Shown piece after piece: positions 10,512-18,899 of a stretch of DNA of 64,000 bases. The stretch is taken from NCBI GenBank assembly GCA_043811375.1, contig JBDRNJ010000021.1, positions 33,937 to 97,936 on the forward strand, in the 5' to 3' direction. Numbering within the stretch: position 1 is the first letter of the stretch; each line of letters opens with the position of its first letter. The notes below the pieces were generated by a model. The model did no database searches, was not told the DNA's origin, and worked only from the letters and a program-made list of their open reading frames with translations. Source of the stretch: a bacterium. Its GTDB lineage: Bacteria > Zixibacteria > MSB-5A5 > GN15 > FEB-12. The position numbers were made by a program, and so were the translations under genes.

Positions 10512-10529
10512 CTATAATTCCTCGTTGCC

Positions 10530-11573
10530 CTAAGGCAGCTTCCTGAAATAAGTGTTGGCCAGCAGCATTTCCAGGACAATCAGCAACAGACCGCCATATA
10601 TAAAGTAATGAAACAACTCTCGGTACTGCACGTGGGAAGCGATCTCAATCTCGGTTTTCTCCAGATTGTCGATTATTGAGTATATCTCTTCCAGTTCCTT
10701 CCCGGAACGAGCCCGGAAATATTTGCCACCCGTTCGTTTGGCAATTTCCTGCAGCGTCGGTTCATCTATCTTGGTCGGCTGGTAGACATAACGTTTGCCG
10801 AAAATCGGGTCCTGGTAAGGGAACATGGCATTGCCCGATTTGCCCACACCGATAGTGTAGATTTTGATATCGAAAGCATCCGCCAGATTGGCCGCCGTTA
10901 TGGGATCGATCTCACCGGCGTTATTGTCACCATCGGTAGCCAGTACGATGACTTTGCTCTTTGACTGGGAGTCCCGCAGCCGGTTGACGCTGTTGGCCAG
11001 GGCCATGCCGATGGCAGTCCCGTCTTCAACCATTCCGAAATCAACCTGATCGACGAAGTTCAGCAGTACCCCGTAATCGGTCGTCAGGGGACACTGGGTA
11101 TAGGAGTAGCGGGCAAACACTACCAGTCCGAGACGATCATTGACGCGTCGGTTAATGAACTTTTTGATCTCTTCCTTAGCGACGTGCAGGCGGTTATGCG
11201 GCTTGAAGTCTTCGGCCTGCATCGACGAGGAAACATCCAGCGCCATCATGATGTCGATCCCCTCGGAAGTTACTTCGGTATACTCCGTGCCTGAACGGGG
11301 ACGGGCAAAAGCCACCAGAAACAGCGCCACCGCGGCAATCCGCAGGACGGTCAGCAGGAAGCGGTATCTCTGACGGAGAGTGCCCGACGCCCGGCGGACG
11401 ATCCGGATATCGGAATACTTAATGGTGGCCGACTTGAACCGCCGGTGTCGAAGATGAAACCAGGCCAAGCCGATCAGGACCAGTCCGCCCAGAACAAATA
11501 TGACAATGGGAGGGATGGTTGTCTCCACCAGGTCAAAGATGTTGAAACTCAGGCCGCTGAAATCGAGATTCAT
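10530..11573 (-). CDS. batA: BatA, VWA domain protein
   Basis: ARPR, MIDAS DVSSSMQAEDF, DGTAIGMA, TDGDNNAGEIDP, C-terminal FRKLP. Confidence 0.92.
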   Translation of the reverse strand: MNLDFSGLSFNIFDLVETTIPPIVIFVLGGLVLIGLAWFHLRHRRFKSATIKYSDIRIVRRASGTLRQRYRFLLTVLRIAAVALFLVAFARPRSGTEYTEVTSEGIDIMMALDVSSSMQAEDFKPHNRLHVAKEEIKKFINRRVNDRLGLVVFARYSYTQCPLTTDYGVLLNFVDQVDFGMVEDGTAIGMALANSVNRLRDSQSKSKVIVLATDGDNNAGEIDPITAANLADAFDIKIYTIGVGKSGNAMFPYQDPIFGKRYVYQPTKIDEPTLQEIAKRTGGKYFRARSGKELEEIYSIIDNLEKTEIEIASHVQYRELFHYFIYGGLLLIVLEMLLANTYFRKLP

Positions 11574-12655
11574 GACGCCGTTACCTCGGTCTTTTCGGGG
11601 GAATCGGCCCGGGTAGCGCCAATCGCTTCCCCCCGGCGGTGCTGCCGCTCAAGACGCAGCCGTTCGACCATGCCGTGTACATACTCAAAGTCGGAGTCGG
11701 CGCGTTCAGCCGGTGGTATCAGCCGGGCAAACTTCACCAGGTCGGCATGGTGCAGAAAGCGGCTGATGTCCTCATGCAGGTCGGGCGCCGGCTGCTCCTG
11801 CGTGAAACGGAAAAGGAATTCCTCGGTGGTCATATCCAGTACGTTGATCTCGTAGATTTGTCCCAGGAAATCGCGGGCCAGTTCCGTCAACTCAATATAG
11901 TATTGCTTAAAGGCGCCATCCGCCACGAGTGATTTCTGTTTCAACAGGGCTAGGAGCTCGAAGGCAATCTCCCACGGCGGACGCAGGTCGACCGGAGCTT
12001 CGGTGTGTGGACGGCGACGTCGTCGCCACCATAGCAACGATGCGACTGCAATCAGCACGACCAGCGCCAGGCCGCCCCAGATATAGTACCAGGTCAGGCC
12101 GCGCGCGAACACATACGGTGGTTTCAGAGGCTTGATGTCGGCTGAGTCGGTCCCGTCGGCCAGCAGTGAATTGACCTTGATCGGCACCCCTTCCGACAAT
12201 ACAACTTTCCGGCTGGAATCAGGAAGAATGAACATCACCGGGATGGGTGGTATCACGTAGTCGCCGGTAGTGAATGTGCTCAGCACGAATTCGTTGATGT
12301 TTTGCAGTCGACCGTCGGGCAGCGTCGACCTGATATCCGAGCGGTAGTCCTTAACGTCGAAGGCGCCCAGGTTAGCGCCCAGCGGCGGCGGTACCAGCTC
12401 AACCGTCGAATCATGGATAGCTGTCAGACGGTAGGTGATAAGATCGCCGATATAAACATCGGCTCGGTCAACCGATGTCTGTATTTCAATTCCCGGCAGG
12501 GAGGTCACGGTGTCGGCCGTATCCTGCGCACCTGCCGTTATCGTGAAAACCAGTATCACAGCGGAAACCAGCCAGACCAGCGCTGCTATGTGAACGCAGT
12601 CCGTTGGAAAACTCGTTCGTATGTCGGTATCTTTCTGTTTGCAGTAATTCAACAT
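11570..12655 (-). CDS. BatD-like single-pass membrane protein of bat operons
   Basis: Ig-like N-domain, TM, C-terminal ADLVKFA motif; usual position upstream of batA. True start may be downstream. Confidence 0.75.
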   Translation of the reverse strand: MLNYCKQKDTDIRTSFPTDCVHIAALVWLVSAVILVFTITAGAQDTADTVTSLPGIEIQTSVDRADVYIGDLITYRLTAIHDSTVELVPPPLGANLGAFDVKDYRSDIRSTLPDGRLQNINEFVLSTFTTGDYVIPPIPVMFILPDSSRKVVLSEGVPIKVNSLLADGTDSADIKPLKPPYVFARGLTWYYIWGGLALVVLIAVASLLWWRRRRRPHTEAPVDLRPPWEIAFELLALLKQKSLVADGAFKQYYIELTELARDFLGQIYEINVLDMTTEEFLFRFTQEQPAPDLHEDISRFLHHADLVKFARLIPPAERADSDFEYVHGMVERLRLERQHRRGEAIGATRADSPEKTEVTAS

Positions 12656-12659
12656 AGGT

Positions 12660-13580
12660 TCACTTCACGTTGTGATCGAGAAACTCCACCTTTTCCACCC
12701 TGGCCAGTTGCGAGATGTAGTTGCTGAAGGTCGCCTCAGCCTTTTCGTTCTGATAATCGAGGAAAACAGCCGCCTGAACCGAATCATAGGGAGCGTTCCG
12801 GTAGCGGTCCTCACGGTGGGCCAGGTAGTAGTTGCGGACATCGGTGGAATCGATACGCACCTGCGGTATTACCTTGTCGACCACGTACTTGTCCACCAGC
12901 AATTTCTTGTTAACCAGGCGGGCCTGTCTCTTGATCTCAGGATCGTTATCATAGCCTTCCCGGATGGCGGCATGGTACAGAAGTTCGGTGGCGACGTAAT
13001 TGTGAACGAACTCAACCCTGGCCTGTCGGGTGACAAACTGTTGTTGTATCTGAGGTGGCAGTATCTGAATTTGCTGCTCGATCTCCGATAACCAGATCGG
13101 TACGCCGCCTACCCGGGCTACGGCTACGTCACCGCTGTCGGATGGTGGACTGTCGATATCCACTACCTCGGCCAACCGGCGTCGGGCATCCAGCATATGT
13201 CCCATCTTCTCCAGGGAGGCCACCAGTTTCCGCGATGCCTCGGCGGCAAATGACGCCTCCGGGTCAAGCGTCCGCGCCCGAACATAGTGGGCCGCCGCTT
13301 CTTCATACGACTCCAGATTGTCAAAGTAGATTCTGGCTATGAGATAGTTGATGTTGGCCCGCTTGCCGTCGTCCAATGTTTCATCACGAAGGATTTCCCG
13401 GTATTCCTCGATGGCGGCATGGTAGAGCTTATTGTTCCGCAACTCTCCGGCCAGTCGTTGGTGCCGGTCGATGGCGTCGTCGTTGCGGTCCGCGCCGCCG
13501 CAAGAAACCTGCATCAGCAGAAGTCCCGTCAGAATGACGATGCCGAATGCCCGCCGGCAGCGGTTGTCGTGTCTTTTCAT
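12660..13580 (-). CDS. Lipoprotein with TPR region and SurA/PrsA N-terminal-like chaperone domain
   Basis: Lipobox QVSC, TPR helices, then VARVGGVPIWL...ELLYHAAIREGYDNDPEI...VRNYY resembling PrsA/SurA_N without a rotamase domain. Confidence 0.6.
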   Translation of the reverse strand: MKRHDNRCRRAFGIVILTGLLLMQVSCGGADRNDDAIDRHQRLAGELRNNKLYHAAIEEYREILRDETLDDGKRANINYLIARIYFDNLESYEEAAAHYVRARTLDPEASFAAEASRKLVASLEKMGHMLDARRRLAEVVDIDSPPSDSGDVAVARVGGVPIWLSEIEQQIQILPPQIQQQFVTRQARVEFVHNYVATELLYHAAIREGYDNDPEIKRQARLVNKKLLVDKYVVDKVIPQVRIDSTDVRNYYLAHREDRYRNAPYDSVQAAVFLDYQNEKAEATFSNYISQLARVEKVEFLDHNVK

Positions 13581-13592
13581 CAGGGCACCTGC

Positions 13593-14468
13593 CTACAACC
13601 GTCTTTCGCGGGCTTTGAAGAAACTGATCAGCGGTACGATATACGACTGATCGGTGTGGATGTCTATGAAATCGAGATTGATCAACCTGAAACCTTTCTT
13701 CAGTGACATGGTATCCTCCTCGGCGCGGGCGGCAAACTCGCGTCGGAACAGTTTCGAGCCGGTATCGACCATCAGGACTTCACCGGTTTCGGCATCCTCA
13801 AGTTCGATCAGGCCGACGTTGTCGAATTTGGTTTCCCGGGGATCGGTTATCTTCATCGCGATTACGTCGTGCTTGTTATTGGCGATCTGCAACGGCTTGT
13901 AGAAACCCTCGGAGAGAAAGTCGGAGATGAGAAACACGACCGACTTGCGCCTGATAACGCGGCTCATATACTCCAGGGCGCCGGCGATGTCGGTACCGGT
14001 GCCTTTGGGTCGGAAGTATAGAATCTCCCGGATGAGCCTCAGTACGTGGCCGCGGCCTTTCTGTGGCGGCACGAATTTCTCGATAGTATCGGTGAAGATA
14101 ATCAGCCCGACTTTGTCATTGTTTTTGATGGCGGAAAAGGCCAGCAGGGCGCTCAGCTCGGCTGCCGTGTCGCTCTTGAAACGATCCCTGGTTCCGAAAC
14201 GACCCGATGATGAAGCGTCGACCAGCAGCACCACCGACAACTCGCGCTCCTCGCGGAACTTCTTGATGTGCGGGTAGCCGGTTCGGGCGGTAACGTTCCA
14301 GTCGATCAGACGGATGTCGTCACCCGGCTCGTACTGGCGGACCTCTTCGAACTCCATCCCCTGTCCCTTGAACGTGGAATGGTACTCACCGGAGAAGAGA
14401 TCGTTCACCAGTTTTTTGGTGTGTATCTCTATACGACGAATCTTCTTGATAACTTCACTGGGAATCAT
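13593..14468 (-). CDS. DUF58 domain protein (MoxR-associated)
   Basis: GMEFEEVRQYEPGDDIRLIDWNVTAR, FREERE, LISDF. Confidence 0.93.
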   Translation of the reverse strand: MIPSEVIKKIRRIEIHTKKLVNDLFSGEYHSTFKGQGMEFEEVRQYEPGDDIRLIDWNVTARTGYPHIKKFREERELSVVLLVDASSSGRFGTRDRFKSDTAAELSALLAFSAIKNNDKVGLIIFTDTIEKFVPPQKGRGHVLRLIREILYFRPKGTGTDIAGALEYMSRVIRRKSVVFLISDFLSEGFYKPLQIANNKHDVIAMKITDPRETKFDNVGLIELEDAETGEVLMVDTGSKLFRREFAARAEEDTMSLKKGFRLINLDFIDIHTDQSYIVPLISFFKARERRL

Positions 14469-14478
14469 AGTCTGCCGA

Positions 14479-15468
14479 TCAAGGAACTTCTACCGCGTCG
14501 AATATCTTGGCCACTATGTCGTCGCTGCTGATTTCTTCCGCCTCGGCCTCGTAAGTTATCAGAATCCGGTGCCGCAGCACATCGGGGCCGATAGCCTTGA
14601 TGTCCTCCGGAGTAATGTAGCCCCGGCCCTTCAGGAAGGCGTGCGCTTTGGCGGCCAGGTTCAGGTAGATGCTGGCGCGCGGCGACGCCCCGTAGGCGAT
14701 CAGGTCAGCCAGGTCATTAAGTCCGTAGGCGGCCGGTTCGCGAGAAGCAAAAACGACATTGATGATGTATTCCTTGACCTTGTCGTCGACGTAAACCGAC
14801 CGCACTACGTCCCGGACCCGAATGATGTCCTCGGTGGAAACCACTCGCGACACGGTAACCGCTCCGGAAGTGGTATTGCGATCCATGATTTCGCGCTCCT
14901 CGGTCGGGTTGGGGTAGGTAATTTTTAGTTTAAGCATGAACCGGTCGATCTGCGCTTCCGGAAGCGGGTAGGTCCCTTCCTGCTCGATCGGGTTCTGGGT
15001 AGCCAGCACCAGGAAAGGATCGTCCAGTTTGTAAGTGCCTTCGCCGATCGTCACCTGGCGTTCCTGCATTGCTTCCAGCAGCGCCGACTGTACCTTGGCC
15101 GGAGCTCGATTGATTTCGTCGGCCAGTATGATGTTGGCAAACACCGGTCCCTTTTTGACGGAGAACTCAGCGGTCCGGGGATTGTAGATCATGGTTCCGA
15201 TAAGATCAGCCGGAAGTAAGTCCGGCGTGAACTGGATACGTTGAAATTTCGCCTTCATGGCGTCGGACAGCGTCTTGACCGACAGCGTCTTGGCCAGGCC
15301 GGGGACACCTTCGATAAGGATGTGACCGTCGGACAGTATGCCGATCAGGAGCCGGTTAATGAGATATTTCTGGCCGACAATGACCGAGCTGATCTCGCCG
15401 GTCAGCCGTTGAACAAATGACGACTCAGCTACAACTCGGGTCTGAATCTCTTGAATATCGGTGTGCAT
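14479..15468 (-). CDS. moxR: MoxR-family AAA+ ATPase
   Basis: Walker A EGVPGLAKT, RIQFTPDLLPAD, ADEINRAPAKVQSALLEAM, TQNPIEQEGTYPLPEAQ. Confidence 0.96.
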   Translation of the reverse strand: MHTDIQEIQTRVVAESSFVQRLTGEISSVIVGQKYLINRLLIGILSDGHILIEGVPGLAKTLSVKTLSDAMKAKFQRIQFTPDLLPADLIGTMIYNPRTAEFSVKKGPVFANIILADEINRAPAKVQSALLEAMQERQVTIGEGTYKLDDPFLVLATQNPIEQEGTYPLPEAQIDRFMLKLKITYPNPTEEREIMDRNTTSGAVTVSRVVSTEDIIRVRDVVRSVYVDDKVKEYIINVVFASREPAAYGLNDLADLIAYGASPRASIYLNLAAKAHAFLKGRGYITPEDIKAIGPDVLRHRILITYEAEAEEISSDDIVAKIFDAVEVP

Positions 15469-15492
15469 CGAACCTCCATCTATTCCAAACTG

Positions 15493-16395
15493 CTAAAGGT
15501 TTTCAAAGTAACCACGAATTTCAGTTTCCAAACGGACTATGTCTGCCGGGTTCCCGGCCACCGGACGAAACTTGTCCTGCCTGGCTTGCACCAGCCAGGT
15601 GCCAAGTTGCTGTTTCTGACCGTTGTTAAGACCGGTCGCATCCAGAGCGGCGATTATTTCGTCATCGCCCAGTCGATCCACGATAATATCATAACGAGCC
15701 GTCAGGAAAACCGACAGGCTGTCATAAAGACCGGTCTGAAATTTCCGGAAGTCACCTGCCGCGTCGGTCTTAAGTTCGTCGAGACTCTCCAGAAACTGCT
15801 CCTGCGGCGACTTGATTATCTCTTTTGGACGGCGGCGGCGGACAGCCACTATGGCGACAACGACCAGGGTTACTACCGCCAGACCGGTGATGATTAGCCA
15901 TACACCGGCGCTGCTTTCCTCCCTGTCCGGCGGCAGCGGTTGGGCGACCTGGACAGTCATTGCCTCCGTGACCAGCTCACCGGGGATACTGTCCGGCCAG
16001 GAAACATAACCGATCCGAACCGACTCGATGCGGGCCTGGCCCGATGACGTCGGTACCAGCGTGTAGCGGAAACGCTTGGTGGTCGTTTCGTTGCCGACCG
16101 GCCCCGAAGAACTGATGGACGAAGTGAACCCCTGCACCTTCAACTGCCCCAGGACAGGGGACAGGGGACCCTCGAAAAGATAAGCCGTCTGCGATCCTGC
16201 CCACTGGAGAGTTAAATCGAAGTGGACACTGTCCTCAAAGGGTATCTGACTGCGATCCAGTGACTGGGAGACGGATATCCCCTCGGCCCTCACGCCACCG
16301 ACCAGGTATATCATGACGGCGGTGACCACCAGTGCCGGGATTGGCAACCGGTGTCGGTTAGTAGCAGGCGGGACCGATTTCGTCAGACTCGTCAT
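15493..16395 (-). CDS. Hypothetical single-pass membrane protein with BatD-like Ig domain
   Basis: Signal peptide, SLDRSQI...YTLVPTSSGQARI, TM, helical C-domain similar in layout to 11570..12655. Confidence 0.65.
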   Translation of the reverse strand: MTSLTKSVPPATNRHRLPIPALVVTAVMIYLVGGVRAEGISVSQSLDRSQIPFEDSVHFDLTLQWAGSQTAYLFEGPLSPVLGQLKVQGFTSSISSSGPVGNETTTKRFRYTLVPTSSGQARIESVRIGYVSWPDSIPGELVTEAMTVQVAQPLPPDREESSAGVWLIITGLAVVTLVVVAIVAVRRRRPKEIIKSPQEQFLESLDELKTDAAGDFRKFQTGLYDSLSVFLTARYDIIVDRLGDDEIIAALDATGLNNGQKQQLGTWLVQARQDKFRPVAGNPADIVRLETEIRGYFENL

Positions 16396-16502
16396 CTCAG
16401 TTACAGCGACCAGTCTGCAGGCCCGGTCCGGTTGTACCTGATGTGTATTGCAGTACCATAATTCAGTTTATACGTCTCAGTTAACGAATGTTTCCTCGAT
16501 TA

Positions 16503-17348
16503 TCAAGCCAGAAGCAAAGCCACAATGCCCAGGGCCATACCTCCTTTAAGTCCGGCCGAGGCAGCCCTGAGCATAGTCGGTGTGGGGTTGCCCCAGACGA
16601 AAATCAGCAATAATAGCAGCGGCAGGTCGATGATATATACGGTGATAATTTTGTAGGTGTTGCCGTACCAGCCGAACAGAATAGGTAGGCAGGTCAGCAG
16701 CACCAGCAATACAAACAACCCCAGGGCCAGTGACAATGAACGCCGCACGCCAACTACCTGGGGTAAAGTCCGTATGCCCACCTGGCGGTCACCCTCCATA
16801 TCCTGCACATCCTTGATGATTTCGCGTACGATGTGGAAAAAAAAGGCGAAACCGGCCGGTATCAACGGTCCGGGCAGCGTGAGAGCCAGCATATGATCAA
16901 CCGCCAGCCCTCCGGTCAGGAAAGTCAGCCCCCCCATAATGGCTATGACGGCATTGCCGACCAGCGGCACCCGTTTCAGCCGGATATTGTAAGCCAGCAG
17001 TAACAGAATCACCGCCACCGCTACAATCGCAACCAGCATGTTTACGGCCATAGCAAGAATCAGCGCCAGCATGTTGACAGCCACTGCCAGCACTATCGCC
17101 TCGTACCTGCTGAGCGCTCCGCGCACCAGAACTCGGTGGGGTCGGTTGACGTGGTCGGCCTCAATATCCATCAGGTCATTGACGATGTTACCGCCGGCGC
17201 AGATCAGAAAGGCCGCCAGTGATGCTACTGCCGGACCGTAGTAGCTTGGCTGCAACCAGGTCAGGTAAGCACCGACGGCGACGCCGACCATAGCCAGCAG
17301 ACAGTTTACCACTCGTATGAGTTTGAGAGTTTCCCGGAGGCGAAGCAT
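16503..17348 (-). CDS. UbiA-family prenyltransferase, DGGGP synthase-like subfamily
   Basis: LIRVVNC, first Asp-rich motif NDLMDIEADHVNRPHR, LKRVPLVGN, second motif REIIKDVQDMEGD...TLP; multiple TMs. Confidence 0.85.
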   Translation of the reverse strand: MLRLRETLKLIRVVNCLLAMVGVAVGAYLTWLQPSYYGPAVASLAAFLICAGGNIVNDLMDIEADHVNRPHRVLVRGALSRYEAIVLAVAVNMLALILAMAVNMLVAIVAVAVILLLLAYNIRLKRVPLVGNAVIAIMGGLTFLTGGLAVDHMLALTLPGPLIPAGFAFFFHIVREIIKDVQDMEGDRQVGIRTLPQVVGVRRSLSLALGLFVLLVLLTCLPILFGWYGNTYKIITVYIIDLPLLLLLIFVWGNPTPTMLRAASAGLKGGMALGIVALLLA

Positions 17349-17355
17349 GGATCAA

Positions 17356-17384
17356 AGGATATCCGCTGCCGAAGGCAGCGTCAA
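17356..17384 (-). promoter_or_regulatory. Sigma70-type promoter giving a probably leaderless UbiA mRNA
   Basis: TTGACG (17384-17379), 17 nt, TATCCT (17361-17356); ATG 7 nt further at 17348; no SD. Spacer contains the hairpin GCTGCC-gaa-GGCAGC. Confidence 0.55.
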
Positions 17385-17387
17385 CTT

Positions 17388-18899
17388 TTATATGTCGGAA
17401 GAGAACTCAGCCGACAGCCAGGGCTGATCGAAGGGCAGGTCGGGCTGCCAGGCCAGAGAGAGCCTGATGGCGCGTCCGTCGTTGAGCAAGGCGATGCCGA
17501 TACCGTAGCCGAACCGATATAACTCATCGGTGCGAACCGCACCGGCAATTCCGGCCACCCGGTTGTTGATGTAGGCGGCGTCATAAAACGCCATCAGGTA
17601 ACCCCGGGAGAAGCGCAGGCGGGGTTCGAGTGTGGCGCAAGCCGATCGGACGGCGGCAAATTGCTCCCGGCGGAATCCGCGAACTGTTCCCGGTCCGCCC
17701 ACGAGGATAAGCTCGGCCGGCGGCGGCAGGCGTTCATCGGTCTGAAGACCTCGGTACTTGAGCGCCAGATGTGCCACCAGTCCGGCCACCAGGGGCTGAT
17801 ACCACTCCATAACAACGGACACGCGGGTTTCATTGAAAGCTGCCTGGCCGGAAGATTCAGCCGGTCCCTCTCCACGATAGCGACGGTACGAATAGTCCAT
17901 TGACCACTTCAGATAGTGCCCCCGCGAAGGATTGAGAGGGTGATCGCGTGCCCGGCGCTCCAGGGAGAAACCACTGCTGAAACGGGAGTACGACGGCTGG
18001 TCGGTGGCGCTTGCCACGTTACGCCAGCCGAGGTTCAGGCCGGCCGAAAGGCGCGTCTGCAGTCGCAATACATAGCTGCCTTCGAGGGAGAATTCGTAAA
18101 ACATATCCCGGTAGTCACGGGTGCCGACCTCGATGTCCAACTGCCCGACGCCAATCAGAAACAAAGGTTGCCCATAATGCAGGCGCAATTGCCGGTGTCC
18201 CTGCTGCAGGCGCTGAGACCGGACAGCCGCCCGGCGACCACTGCCGAAAAGATTGTTGAAACGGAGGTTCAGGTGCCACACCAGACCGGCGTCATCATCG
18301 GGAAGATAACCGCCGCCACCGGAAAAAGTGAACTGTCGTTTCTCGGAAAAGTGCAGTTGCAGGTCGGCATCGGTGTATCCAGCCAGCGGCCTGATGACCG
18401 GTGGCGAGTGATAAGTCAGAAAGTCCAGCCCGGCTGCTGCTGTCGTCGCTCGGTCAACGAGTGCCTCGGTGAGTGTATCACCGGTGTGGATTGGAAGATA
18501 ACGTGCTACCAGAGCCGGATTAGTGCGTGTCAGGCCGGTATAAAAACAGTCAGCCAGCGTTACCAGTGGTCCTCCGACAACGTTCATTTCGAGAGTTATT
18601 CGACTCGCTGACCGGCGCACGGTCGTCACCTTAGCCGTAGCCCAATAGTGACCCCGCTGCTGATATGGTCGCAGTATGTCTCGAGCCAGTTTTTCTAACT
18701 GCTGCGCCGTGAAAGCCAGGTCCACGAGCAGAGTATCACGCCGACCGGATTCCGTGACGTAGATCGTATCGATCCGGCAGGCGGCGGCTGTCAATGACGG
18801 ATGTGAGTTGTCAGTGGCCATCACAGTGGTCGACAGCGACACGATGGTCAACAGGCCAAAGGCCACAGCGTGGCCGAGGATTTGATTGATCGTCCTCAA
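17388..18899 (-). CDS. Omp85 (BamA/TamA) family outer membrane protein with POTRA domain(s)
   Basis: GHYWATA and TGLTRTNP POTRA-like segments, NLFGSGR, VGGPGTVRGF (VRGF motif), GYGIGI. Confidence 0.85.
   Translation of the reverse strand: MRTINQILGHAVAFGLLTIVSLSTTVMATDNSHPSLTAAACRIDTIYVTESGRRDTLLVDLAFTAQQLEKLARDILRPYQQRGHYWATAKVTTVRRSASRITLEMNVVGGPLVTLADCFYTGLTRTNPALVARYLPIHTGDTLTEALVDRATTAAAGLDFLTYHSPPVIRPLAGYTDADLQLHFSEKRQFTFSGGGGYLPDDDAGLVWHLNLRFNNLFGSGRRAAVRSQRLQQGHRQLRLHYGQPLFLIGVGQLDIEVGTRDYRDMFYEFSLEGSYVLRLQTRLSAGLNLGWRNVASATDQPSYSRFSSGFSLERRARDHPLNPSRGHYLKWSMDYSYRRYRGEGPAESSGQAAFNETRVSVVMEWYQPLVAGLVAHLALKYRGLQTDERLPPPAELILVGGPGTVRGFRREQFAAVRSACATLEPRLRFSRGYLMAFYDAAYINNRVAGIAGAVRTDELYRFGYGIGIALLNDGRAIRLSLAWQPDLPFDQPWLSAEFSSDI

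Noticed and set aside
9579..10517. 312-aa + strand ORF
   Set aside because: Antisense to batB with no motifs; expected shadow ORF in GC-rich DNA.
16503..18899. Idea that the UbiA enzyme is co-transcribed with the T9SS cluster and makes the PorU lipid anchor
   Set aside because: UbiA appears to have its own promoter and a hairpin separates it from the Omp85 gene; adjacency alone is insufficient.
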